Positions 24,838 to 35,550 of a DNA stretch of 64,000 bases are shown here, piece after piece. The DNA lies in contig CM082577.2 of assembly GCA_040954595.2 (NCBI GenBank), forward strand, positions 18,078,303 to 18,142,302, in the 5' to 3' direction. Origin of the DNA: Balanoglossus misakiensis. Its lineage: Eukaryota; Animalia; Hemichordata. The translations under genes and the position numbers were made by a program. Position 1 is the stretch's first letter, and each line of letters begins with the position of its first letter. The notes under the pieces are model-generated. The model had not been told where the DNA came from and ran no database searches. It saw nothing but the letters and a program-made list of their open reading frames with translations.

Positions 24838-26945
24838 GTTGACACGAGAGTGAAAAAACTCGTCAAAATGAATAATCGGTCTCTACCATTAATTCATTTT
24901 TTACTCTCATATCATACAAGCGGGATGGAAGTTGGGTGTGGACGTACAAATTCATCTATAAGCTTATGCTAATCAATCATGTATGCTAAATGTGCCCTTG
25001 TGCCATTATACGCCCGAATCTTTCAATGTTGTACGCCAGTTACTCAATATTGAAAATTGGTTGTACTTATAGGGAAAGCTTGACAATGATGTGGTGTGGT
25101 TTATTTCCTGATGACGCGTTTATCTTTCCTTGGGTTTCGGTTGTATGGTGTGCATTGTCGATCAATAAGCTCAGCTTATATCCGCGTCACGTAGAATTTT
25201 TCCCCTGTCATTTTTTCACAATGTTTACACATAGTTTTCCTTTTCAGTTCAGGTATATCACCTACATGCATGTTATAGCTCCGCGAGTATCGTTTTTAGT
25301 CCAGAGTCGCCGCATCAATAAGTTCAGTTCTTTTTGTAGCTTCCTGCATTTTAATGGAATTGTTTGAAAGACTATCATTTATTTAGATCTTTCCCAGAGG
25401 CAAACACTACCCGACGAAATCCAGCGTAAAATAAATTCACAGCCCACATCATTCATGAAAAATAAACACATAATCTTTGTTCTCGGTTAGTCCAAATCTT
25501 TATTGACATATCTCGTAATTTTGTTCTAATAGTACACGTTGTAAAGTAGAATATCTTCTTTGAACATGAAAAGGCGATATGTAAACTAATCAGTATAAAT
25601 TTTATAGTCAGCACCTAATTACATTCATTTTGAAGTGATACACGAGATAATAATTGTGTGGAGGAATTTTCTTTAAAAATCAATTCAATTTAACATAATT
25701 TTCGCTGCACAAAGGAAATCTGGATGTGTTGTCAATTTTTCCATGGAAATGGTTCGCATAAGCGTATGAATTTTCCTATGCTATATACTATCAACAGTGA
25801 TCATTAATCGAGTTAGATCTACTTGGCAGAAGTGTATGTGGCGACAAGAAAACCTCTCTTTATTGCCTCTAGTCAGTATAGGGGCGCGTAGCCTTCATAG
25901 TCGGGTTGCCCAATACAGATTTATGCCCTAACCCAACATAACAGTATGCACAATTGTTTTTTGCAGTTTTCTCAACTATAGCATGTCCTTAACCAAAACC
26001 TTAATGATGCCACCTTGGCACCATTGAGGGTTTTGAGAAATCTAAGATGGCCACCAACCATGAAACAAGGCATAATTTTGGTTATAATTGAACTACATGT
26101 GTACTTTTTTTCTGACTATATATGTATTTTGGAGACTGGTGAATCCATATTTAGGATGGGTTGATGTCTAAAGTAAGGATTTAACTATTTGATAGTAGGG
26201 GGTATCTAGAGTAAGGGTTTAACCGGTTGATAATGGGGGGGGGGGGAGATCAGCTTGACAAAACAATGTTTTCAAAATGTTAGCGTAAGCAAAACAGTCA
26301 AAATTTATTTCATGGTCCCCAAAATCTCCAATTCAATGTGGTTGTAAAAAGTAATATCACCATCTTAACATCGTGATGTTTATTTCACAAGTTTTGAATT
26401 TGCCCATCATTCATGTTTGTTACGGGTTATGTGAAAGGAATTAAATTACACCTCTTTAAAATGTGGATTTGTTATGATTTTGAAGATAAATAAACGTTTA
26501 AAGAAACGATTGAAATTGTGAAGTTTCCGATGAACGTGTTTATTTGTATATTAAAGAGGGCCTAACCTGGATGGGTATTTGAAGAGCATTATAAGGATTG
26601 AGTTGTCGACGTTATTCATGGAATCATAATACATTTACAAATAACGCATATTATTAATGTGCACACCCCACGTTTGTAATTTATCTCTAGTTCTTCGTCG
26701 TTTGGCTTGTTAATGTTTCGACAGACATTCAGTACACGAAGATCCACCTTTATAGAACAGAGATTTAGAATGATCCGTCGTTCGGACGAAGATTTAATTT
26801 TACAAACACCCTTCTCTTTGCCGTTGTGTATCCACATAAAAAATCAAGTGTTCGACGTCTACCCCGCAATTAATGAATCTGCAGCGATAGTGTTTTCAGA
26901 CAATTACAGACTCGTGACATGGATGTCACATCTGGAGATAACAGG

Positions 26946-27480
26946 TATTACGGCTGGTTTCTCATGATTGTTCACGCATCGGGGAATCTGTAGCGATGAG
27001 GTATCGGGCTCTGACGAGAACAGTGATCCACGAAGACACGTATCTGATTCACGTTCATTTATTGTCCAGAACTACTCCAGTACATCAAATACGCCCAGTA
27101 AAGTACATGAGGAAGGGAACGAACTCAGTAGCCTGAGGTACTCCCATCTCCCGTTAGATTATTCTTTTTTTTTCAACTTTGAAAACAAAGTTCTCTTATA
27201 ATTACTTTTCTCAAGGCGTGGTTAATAATGTAAAATATCACAAATACAATGTGTTACAATTTCATTGGGCATCAGTCAACTCTATACGTACCAATTTACA
27301 TAAAGTGTTATATAACAAAGTCAGTTCGATGATGATTGACAACCAGAGCAGTCAGTTAAACACCCGCTCTCCCTATCTACTTCAAATACATAAAATCAAA
27401 TACTATCAAACATTGACATTCCCGAGCTCTGGATTAATTAACCCTTGAAATCGTATTTGACCTTTATACAGATCGTAACA
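26946..27480 (-). repeat. 3' LTR (535 bp)
   Basis: Direct repeat of 33747-34281; no difference seen by eye and the ORF-track peptides are identical. Confidence 0.95.
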
Positions 27481-27493
27481 CTCCCCTCCTTTT
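27481..27493 (-). other. polypurine tract AAAAGGAGGGGAG
   Basis: Immediately upstream of the 3' LTR on the minus strand. Confidence 0.9.
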
Positions 27494-28494
27494 AAACCAA
27501 TGCGTCCCGCATTGGACACAAATCTCTTAAAGAGCAGTACCCCAAGGGTAATCGTTCAATTCCACCCCAAGAATATATTAAGTTGTATCGTATGATATTG
27601 AAATGTAAGAGTACAATATATATAACAAAATTGAAGTAAAAAAAATCTAGTCATGTCTATGAAGTGATCGTCTTAAAAATATATAAAATTACAATCCAAA
27701 AATTACTACAGAATAAAAGTACATATAAACTTAAAATAGTATGTGCTCATAAAACCTTCGCACACATATCCACCTACTAATATAACCAATAAAATCGCAA
27801 CTCCTTCTGTAAACCCATAAAACGTTGTATCCATCATTGAACACAATCTGAATATCTGTTGTCTTATTGACTCAAAAGAAACACTCTTGCATTCTTTTAC
27901 ATCGAACGATCATCCGACATTCCTTATTCTTGAGTTACGTCATGTCGGGCAAATTCAATAACCTTAAAAAATTTAAAACTGAAACATCTTAGCGTTTTGT
28001 CAAAAATCCACTCTTTACAACTTCGAAAATGGCATTTTCTTCATTCGAAAATCGGATTTTCTTTGGTTTCTTTATACAAACACATAGCCATTAAAAGGGG
28101 CTATTTACACAAATTGGACCATCTATTTTAGGTCATCAAACGAACGGCAAATTCAACTCACAACATTTTTCTCCAGTGTTAAAATCTCTGCAACTTCAAA
28201 CTTCACTGGTAATTTCTTTACAACTCAAATACATAAACACATTTAAACAGAGTGACACGGGAACCAGGTTGCACAGCACTTACAACTAAACTCAGCAAAC
28301 AACGGATAATAAAATGTCATTCGACAACTTACGTAACATTAAACGAATCAAGGGACACGCCAATCGTACACTCACTCATACAGGCCGGCCAACACTCATA
28401 CCTCTCAGTCATATTCAAATATTCAATTCACTCAACCACGTGTCTCCCTTTTCCGGTTTTTTTCTGTTACGCATATATTTCTCTGTCCATAGAT

Positions 28495-31400
28495 TTAAAT
28501 GTGCAAATGTGCTATAACCTGTTTCCCTTGTATCTTTACAGGATTTTTTATCAAATACTCTTTCGCAGTTTCGTTCAAATTGTCTTCATCCTCCCACGTA
28601 TTATGTTTGTTTGAATAATTCTTCCACTTAACCAAATACTGTAATTTCCCATTTCTATATCGACCCTTTAACACATTGTCTATATCGTAAAATGGCTCAG
28701 AAGCATTAGTCTGACAATTTCCATTGTTGTCAGTTTCATCGAAAGCACTGGGATTTGTCCTTGACGACAAATCTCTCAATCCCAATCCATCAATTTGATC
28801 AGAACCATTTTCTGATTCTGCATATGTTTCTGCTTCTGGACTTTGACATATTTCGGTCCCATTTTCATAATTTGTGGTTTCTGGGACATCGTTTTCTTCA
28901 CACGACTCATCAGATGAGGATGAGTCAAACTCAGAGGGGCGCAAATAAGCTCTTTTAAGTCTATTCACATGAATGACCTTACGATAATTCCTGGTGCTAT
29001 TTATGAAACGCAACTTGTAATTAACAGGACCCACCTTCTCAGAAATAATGTAAGGACCTGTCCACTTATGTACGAATTTCTTATTAACTCCTGGTTTAAC
29101 AGATGGTGTGTATAAATATACAGGATCCCCCACTTTGAGATTTTGTGACCGTTGGATATTTTGATCATAACGGTCCTTCATATTCTGTTGATATCGATCT
29201 ATATTCTCTTTGGCGATTTTATGAGCTATCTCCCTTTTAGCAGCTAAATGTTTAAGGTGTGTATCTATATTTCTCGTCCTCCCCTCAACTGGCTGGAATT
29301 CAACATCCATGGGCAATGTGGGATGCCGACCATATAACAGATAATAAGGACTGAACCCACTGGACTCTTGAGGGCTAACTCTATAAGCGAAAAGCACTGA
29401 ACTTAGGTACCGATCCCAATCTTTCTGTTTACTATCGACAAACATGGACAGCATGTCGACTAGGCAACCATTGAAACGCTCTGTAAGGCCATTAGTCTGT
29501 GGACGATAAGGGGTCGAAACTTTCCTCTGGATGTTGAAAAATTTGCAAGTTTCACGAACTACTTGGGATAAAAAATTCGATCCCTGATCACTCAGCAAAA
29601 CTCTGGGGCTGCCATAAGTAGCAATTACTTCATCAAACAAGATCTTAGCGACTGTCTCAGCTCGTGCATTACGTAATGGATATGCTAGTGGAAATTTAGT
29701 AAAGTAATCAGTAAGTACTAAGATGTATTTATGACCATCATAAGTTCTAGGGAGGGGTCCCACAATATCCATACCCAGTCGGTCCCAGGGTCCTGATACT
29801 GGAATAGGTAACAACTTAGCATGAGTAGGGGGTGTGGCTCTCTTTCGTGTGTGACAATGTGCGCATGTCTTTACGTACATATTAACATCCCGGGGCATCC
29901 TTTCCCAAAAATACCTCTGTCTTAAAACTCCCAACGTTTTAGTGTATCCCAAATGTCCCGCTAAGACACAATCATGAGCCCACCGCAGAACATAATTTCT
30001 TAAGGACTTAGGTATCACAACCTGTCTAACACAATCTAATTTACCAGCTGATTTCCCCGTGGGTTTCCAAAAATGATACAAAACCCCGTCAACAATGTCA
30101 TAATTTGGAGCCATACTAACAAATTTACGAGCTAACTTTTGATCAGTTGGTAACTCATCATTCTCTAAATAATTAAGAAATTTACTCAAATAATCATCCT
30201 TTCTCTGTTCTCCCTTCATTCGTGATTGCACCTCACTGTCGAATGTTTTATCCACTTCAGTGTTGGAAGCATTTTCCTCCACGTCAGTGTTAGAAGTGTC
30301 GTTAGAACTGTTAAGTAAAATCCCATACCCAGATGTGTCCTCACTATTAGCAGAATTATGAACCTCAGGTTCGGTTTGTTGCCCTGTATGTATATTATTT
30401 ATACAAGGTGAGTTTATGGGCTCAGTGTTTACACACTTATCTACCATTGGCTGACTGTTAGGCTTGTAATTCATTTCAGGCGCATGCTCTAAATCAGTGA
30501 CGTCAGACTTGTACCCCTCACATTGTTGATATGGTCTCCTTGACAACCCGTCAGCATTCATGTGTTTCTTACCAGGTCTATAGATAATTTCGTAATCGTA
30601 CTGCTGCATGGTCATTATCCAACGGCCAATACGCCCCCTTGGTATTTTCTGTTTAAACATGTAAGTCAGATTGGAGTGATCAGTCACTATAGTGACATGG
30701 TTGCCCCGTACATAGTGATCACATTGTCGGATAGCATGAATGACGGCCAAAGCTTCCAATTCTGTAATTGAGTAATTTCTTTCGTGACAGTTTAAACTTC
30801 GACCCCCATATAAAATCACTCGTTCAACACCATTCTGTCGTTGAGCTAAAACAAACCCCAGGGCATGAGTGGAACTATCGGTATAAATTGTGAAATTTTC
30901 ATTCATATCAGGATACCCTAGAATTGGTGCTTGACACAGGACATGTTTTAATTTCTCGAATGCATGTTCGCATCGATCATTCCATTCAAATTTCGTGTCC
31001 TTTCCCAACAATTTATGCAGAGGCCTTGCAATGATCGAGAAATTCTTTATAAACTTTCTATAATAATTGGCCAACCCCAAAAATGATTTCAGCTGTGTGA
31101 CAGTATGAGGACGAGGATATTCTTTAACAGCTGTTACTTTACTCTCGTCAACCGCAATTCCATCCTTACTGATAATATGACCCAAAAATTTAACACTCTT
31201 TCTCATAAATTGACATTTGCTGGGCTTTAATTTCAATCCAGCTTGACGTAACCTGGTTAGGACAGTATCAATGTGTTGTAGATGCTCCTCAAAAGAGCTG
31301 CTAAATATAATAATATCATCGATATAACATAACACATATTGCCACATAATATTGCGTAACACGTGTTGCATAGTACGCTGAAAACAACTGGGACTATTTC

Positions 31401-33669
31401 GCAACCCCTGGGCAAGTCTCCTGTATTGATATAAACCTTGATGTGTGACAAAAGCTGTTTTTGGTCTGCTCTCTTCATCTAATTCCAATTGAAAAAATCC
31501 TGACTGTAAATCAAGCGTCGAAAAATACTGAGGCTTATTCTTGCCTAACATTTCAAGAGATTCGTCAGTTCTAGGTAAGGGAAACGAATCAGGCACTGTA
31601 ATATTATTCAAATGACGGAAATCTGTGCAAAAACGCCACGAACCATCAGGCTTTTTGACTAAAACTACTGGACTAGCAAACGGTGAAGTGGACGGCTCGA
31701 TAATATTTTGTTCTAACAGCTGATCAACTTGTCGCTCTAGTTCACGCCTTTTCTCAGGCGTTACTCGGTAAGGTGGGCGACGGAACGGGGCAGCACCCTC
31801 TTGTAATCGTATTGTATGTTTGATTACATCACAGTTGCCTAAACGACCACTAGAATCAACAAAAGCTTCCATATTGTACAGTAAAACATCTCTAAGCTGT
31901 TTACGCTGTGCCTTAGTTATCTCTAATTCATTAAATTTCAATTGACCCATCAAATAATCCGTCTCTTTCTGTGTACGGGGCCCTTGAGGTGAGACACAAT
32001 TAACGGCAGTATTATCGAGTGGGACTATTTCACTATTACGGGGCAAGGGCGAAAACATTCCAACAACACTGTTTTTCTTAATTTTGACCACAGTATCCAA
32101 AGTGTTTACAACTCGCATGGGAAGAAAATTCTTATTCGAATAGGCCAACCCCTTAGCTACCAAAATACCCGGGGTTAAGCGTGTTCGTTTATCACAAATA
32201 CAACCTAAAACTCCAGTAAGATATTTATACGGTACTTTCACTGGAATAACCATTTCACTCCCAGGTGAAATGTTAACATCAACATTTGTTCTTAACGGTA
32301 CGTCTGATTGTAATCTTAAAATATTACCCTTGAAATCAATAACAGCTCTATAACGCTTCATAAAATCAAGTCCCAAAATCAGATTATGCTGAAGAGACTC
32401 AACTAAATTAACATACAGTAATACACGCTTATTCCCAATAAAAGCAGGTATTTTCATAAATCCAATTACCTTCAATTTGTCTTCGTGTGCTGTATGTACA
32501 CAATTATATCTGGACTTGAACATCGGATAATTCTTTAGAGCGGGTACTAGCTCTAACAACCGAATAGGAGCTACAGTAATATGTGCTCCAGTATCAATTA
32601 ATGACGTCACTTTTTCATGACATATTGAAATTGGAATAACATTCTCATGAAAAGCACACCCATCTTTGTTAACAAAGTTTACACCATCTTTAACATTATA
32701 GGCACCCTCTTTCCCGAGTGCATTTACACCTGCACATGACCTGCTGTCGGACGATCCATCAAAATAAAATTTCCGACTAGGCTTCGAAACATTTCCAGAG
32801 AACGCATATTTTGAACAATTTCTAGCTATATGATCGTAACGCCCACAATTAAAACATGCACGGGAATTAAATTGACTATGTCGAGGAAAACGTTGGGTAG
32901 AGTGCCCAGTAAAATTATATCTGTTCCTCTTTACCTTATAGTCTATTGTTCGTTCTCTTGCTCTGTAATTCGGCGATTTCTTCTCTCTTTTTGTCGATCG
33001 TCCTCGATGATCTGCCGCGCTTGATTTGGTCTTCATTTCTTGATCTTCTTGTTTCATCTCGTCAATCCGTGTTGAGATTTGTTGTAAAAGACCCGCTTCT
33101 GGCTCGTCTGTCTCTGGTAATCCTGCCACGACCTCTGCTGTTCGAGCATGTTTGTACGCTGTTTCGAAGTCCTTAGGTGACATTCCCGCTACGAACTTTA
33201 GTATGTCCGGTCTCAGTCCGTTCATGAAGAAAGATAGTATTTCCTCATCAGTCTTTTTCGCTTTTTCTGCTTTTTCGCATATTAATTCCGCATATTGTTC
33301 AACAGTCTGGACCGGCAGTTGCTTCAGGCGAAACAGTTTCTCGTCATACAGCCACATCGGACCGCACTTATCAAAACGAGCGAGGAAGACATTTTGCAGT
33401 GTCGTCAAGTCATTTTTCTTTTCAGCAGACAGTCTGTAGAACCATCGCTCCGCTTCACCCGTCAAATATAGTCCGATTCCTTTAAGCCGTTTCTCGTCTG
33501 ACCATTGCTTAAAGTCAGCAAAGTCTATATATTTTTTCCACCATCGGTGTGCATTCTCAGTCTCTGTACCCGAAAAGAAACCTGGGCCTACCTGACCTCC
33601 AGCTCTGAGTGTAACCTGTCGTATTTCCGATATTTGACTGTTCATGTCGTTTAGCATCTCGCGATCCAT
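28495..33669 (-). CDS. gag-pol: Gag-Pol polyprotein (capsid, CCHC knuckle, aspartic protease, RT, RNase H, integrase, chromodomain)
   Basis: CFNCGRYDHIARNC; LIDTGA; CYIDDII; TDSS..ELEALA..TDH..NADGLSR; H-H-C-C zinc motif, DIVGP, SDQG, ERFN; WTGPY; YLVKWKNYS..HNTWE. First ATG at 33669; the ORF track begins at GTG 33732. Confidence 0.97.
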   Translation of the reverse strand: MDREMLNDMNSQISEIRQVTLRAGGQVGPGFFSGTETENAHRWWKKYIDFADFKQWSDEKRLKGIGLYLTGEAERWFYRLSAEKKNDLTTLQNVFLARFDKCGPMWLYDEKLFRLKQLPVQTVEQYAELICEKAEKAKKTDEEILSFFMNGLRPDILKFVAGMSPKDFETAYKHARTAEVVAGLPETDEPEAGLLQQISTRIDEMKQEDQEMKTKSSAADHRGRSTKREKKSPNYRARERTIDYKVKRNRYNFTGHSTQRFPRHSQFNSRACFNCGRYDHIARNCSKYAFSGNVSKPSRKFYFDGSSDSRSCAGVNALGKEGAYNVKDGVNFVNKDGCAFHENVIPISICHEKVTSLIDTGAHITVAPIRLLELVPALKNYPMFKSRYNCVHTAHEDKLKVIGFMKIPAFIGNKRVLLYVNLVESLQHNLILGLDFMKRYRAVIDFKGNILRLQSDVPLRTNVDVNISPGSEMVIPVKVPYKYLTGVLGCICDKRTRLTPGILVAKGLAYSNKNFLPMRVVNTLDTVVKIKKNSVVGMFSPLPRNSEIVPLDNTAVNCVSPQGPRTQKETDYLMGQLKFNELEITKAQRKQLRDVLLYNMEAFVDSSGRLGNCDVIKHTIRLQEGAAPFRRPPYRVTPEKRRELERQVDQLLEQNIIEPSTSPFASPVVLVKKPDGSWRFCTDFRHLNNITVPDSFPLPRTDESLEMLGKNKPQYFSTLDLQSGFFQLELDEESRPKTAFVTHQGLYQYRRLAQGLRNSPSCFQRTMQHVLRNIMWQYVLCYIDDIIIFSSSFEEHLQHIDTVLTRLRQAGLKLKPSKCQFMRKSVKFLGHIISKDGIAVDESKVTAVKEYPRPHTVTQLKSFLGLANYYRKFIKNFSIIARPLHKLLGKDTKFEWNDRCEHAFEKLKHVLCQAPILGYPDMNENFTIYTDSSTHALGFVLAQRQNGVERVILYGGRSLNCHERNYSITELEALAVIHAIRQCDHYVRGNHVTIVTDHSNLTYMFKQKIPRGRIGRWIMTMQQYDYEIIYRPGKKHMNADGLSRRPYQQCEGYKSDVTDLEHAPEMNYKPNSQPMVDKCVNTEPINSPCINNIHTGQQTEPEVHNSANSEDTSGYGILLNSSNDTSNTDVEENASNTEVDKTFDSEVQSRMKGEQRKDDYLSKFLNYLENDELPTDQKLARKFVSMAPNYDIVDGVLYHFWKPTGKSAGKLDCVRQVVIPKSLRNYVLRWAHDCVLAGHLGYTKTLGVLRQRYFWERMPRDVNMYVKTCAHCHTRKRATPPTHAKLLPIPVSGPWDRLGMDIVGPLPRTYDGHKYILVLTDYFTKFPLAYPLRNARAETVAKILFDEVIATYGSPRVLLSDQGSNFLSQVVRETCKFFNIQRKVSTPYRPQTNGLTERFNGCLVDMLSMFVDSKQKDWDRYLSSVLFAYRVSPQESSGFSPYYLLYGRHPTLPMDVEFQPVEGRTRNIDTHLKHLAAKREIAHKIAKENIDRYQQNMKDRYDQNIQRSQNLKVGDPVYLYTPSVKPGVNKKFVHKWTGPYIISEKVGPVNYKLRFINSTRNYRKVIHVNRLKRAYLRPSEFDSSSSDESCEENDVPETTNYENGTEICQSPEAETYAESENGSDQIDGLGLRDLSSRTNPSAFDETDNNGNCQTNASEPFYDIDNVLKGRYRNGKLQYLVKWKNYSNKHNTWEDEDNLNETAKEYLIKNPVKIQGKQVIAHLHI

Positions 33670-33728
33670 GCTGTAATCTTTCCGCTGGGCGTCGCCGTTT
33701 CTGTCTCTGATGGATTTGTTTCGTCTAC

Positions 33729-33744
33729 CCACGTATCTCCACCA
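33729..33744 (-). other. primer-binding site TGGTGGAGATACGTGG (tRNA-Ala-like)
   Basis: 2 nt downstream of the 5' LTR; TGGTGGAGAT is complementary to the ...AUCUCCACCA 3' end typical of eukaryotic tRNA-Ala. Confidence 0.75.
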
Positions 33745-33746
33745 TG

Positions 33747-34281
33747 TATTACGGCTGGTTTCTCATGATTGTTCACGCATCGGGGAATCTGTAGCGATGA
33801 GGTATCGGGCTCTGACGAGAACAGTGATCCACGAAGACACGTATCTGATTCACGTTCATTTATTGTCCAGAACTACTCCAGTACATCAAATACGCCCAGT
33901 AAAGTACATGAGGAAGGGAACGAACTCAGTAGCCTGAGGTACTCCCATCTCCCGTTAGATTATTCTTTTTTTTTCAACTTTGAAAACAAAGTTCTCTTAT
34001 AATTACTTTTCTCAAGGCGTGGTTAATAATGTAAAATATCACAAATACAATGTGTTACAATTTCATTGGGCATCAGTCAACTCTATACGTACCAATTTAC
34101 ATAAAGTGTTATATAACAAAGTCAGTTCGATGATGATTGACAACCAGAGCAGTCAGTTAAACACCCGCTCTCCCTATCTACTTCAAATACATAAAATCAA
34201 ATACTATCAAACATTGACATTCCCGAGCTCTGGATTAATTAACCCTTGAAATCGTATTTGACCTTTATACAGATCGTAACA
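33747..34281 (-). repeat. 5' LTR (535 bp), TGTTACG...CGTAATA
   Basis: Direct repeat of 26946-27480; minus-strand AATAAA at 33859-33864. Confidence 0.95.
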
Positions 34282-34435
34282 CAGGAACACCCAAGAATGA
34301 CCTGTTCAGGCAATCCCAACGGTTTATTGGGATGAATGATAACACGTTGTGTATCTCGTGGTCCGTAATTACAATGTTACTTTTATCTTTTCAGGTGAAA
34401 CAAATGTTCCGTTAACCATTGAGCACATGAACGAT

Positions 34436-34867
34436 TCATACGCTGGCTATTGGTTCATAAGAAGCTTTACATCGGCATATTGAATCATTGTCTTGACACG
34501 TACAGCCGCCTGGTCGGCGAGATTCCATCCTAGCACGTCGACAAAGGAAAATACCCACTAATCCGCTCAGCAGGCCAATTCCAAGGAAAATGCCTCCGAC
34601 AACAAGGAATACGTTTATCCCGTCCACATGAACCGGCGACATTGCGGAACCTACGCCGAGGAATATAAACGCTGGCAAAAACGAAGAGGCTGCTAATATT
34701 AAACACATCACACCATACATTATTTTCAACTCGAAAGGAGTCAATTTTGACAGGTAACCATGGCGACTTTTTCGGCGCCGTCTTCTCCTCCTCCTGCGGC
34801 GATCGGACTCCTGTGATTCAAAAGCATCCTCTGTCAAAATCTCGTTGTCGAAAACATCTCCATCCAT
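34436..34867 (-). CDS. small two-transmembrane protein with poly-Arg N-terminal region and Cys-rich C-tail (~143 aa)
   Basis: ATG at 34867 just after splice acceptors (AG at 34889-90 and 34938-39); two hydrophobic segments; higher GC than flanks; AATAAA at 34323-34328. Confidence 0.65.
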   Translation of the reverse strand: MDGDVFDNEILTEDAFESQESDRRRRRRRRRRKSRHGYLSKLTPFELKIMYGVMCLILAASSFLPAFIFLGVGSAMSPVHVDGINVFLVVGGIFLGIGLLSGLVGIFLCRRARMESRRPGGCTCQDNDSICRCKASYEPIASV

Positions 34868-35159
34868 GTTTGTAGATTTCACTTCTTCCTGAAATACAAC
34901 GTTTCTTTTTAAATATTTACGTTGTCAAGGGAATCATCTGAAATAAAGAGAGGAGAGTTAAATCAGAAGTTGCAATCATAAAGATTAATGCCCTATTATT
35001 CTAGCGAGATACAGTGAAGCTTACACAATTTGACGAAGAGATTAGTGTCTCTGATGGTTACAAGCAAACGACAAGGAATATAATTTCGTCGCGTTTTGCA
35101 GCTTGTAGTAGCCCTCCCCCGTCTCTCTCTACCCCCTCTCTCAGCGTCCTTTGCATTAA

Positions 35160-35461
35160 AGCCTCCAGAGCTGCCACTTTTTGCATTATTTTCATGATTT
35201 TATTTTCAAAATTAAATTTGTACATCTAAATAAGCTTACTATACATGAACACCTTATCGATGCCCGATTGTGGCTGTTTGTTGCAATTTGAACACGCTTT
35301 GAATTAAACAGGTGCCGCACCCATTTATTCAGCCTCCATACAAACAGTACAGTAGCTATCGTGGTATGCATCGCCAAGAGACGACAAACTGATGCGATAG
35401 GGAATTTATTTGAAGTACTTTAATATGGAAAAATATGTGAAATTTGGCAGCTATAGAGGCT
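35160..35461. mobile_element. TTAA-flanked MITE (Kolobok-like), 3 copies in the window
   Basis: TTAA-AGCCTCCAGAGCTGCCA ... TGGCAGCTATAGAGGCT-TTAA. Confidence 0.85.
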
Positions 35462-35550
35462 TTAAATCATAAGAAAACGGACATTTTGGATAAATAACAC
35501 ATTTTTTTTTCAAAATTTGAATCATGTGAACCTCAGATAAGCTACCTTAA

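Larger units (their letters stand above)
26946..34281 (-). mobile_element. full-length Ty3/Gypsy LTR retrotransposon with chromodomain integrase
   Basis: Two 535-bp LTRs, CAGG TSD (26942-26945 / 34282-34285), PBS, polypurine tract (PPT), intact Gag-PR-RT-RH-IN-chromo ORF. Confidence 0.97.

Noticed and set aside
26968-27448. 77-aa and 89-aa ORFs duplicated at 33769-34249
   Set aside because: Antisense frames inside the LTRs; useful only as evidence of LTR identity.
26707-34414. Plus-strand ORF (~120 aa) that stays open across the reconstructed Gypsy empty site
   Set aside because: No recognisable motif or clear exon structure; plausible by chance, and more likely the 3' flank of the minus-strand gene.
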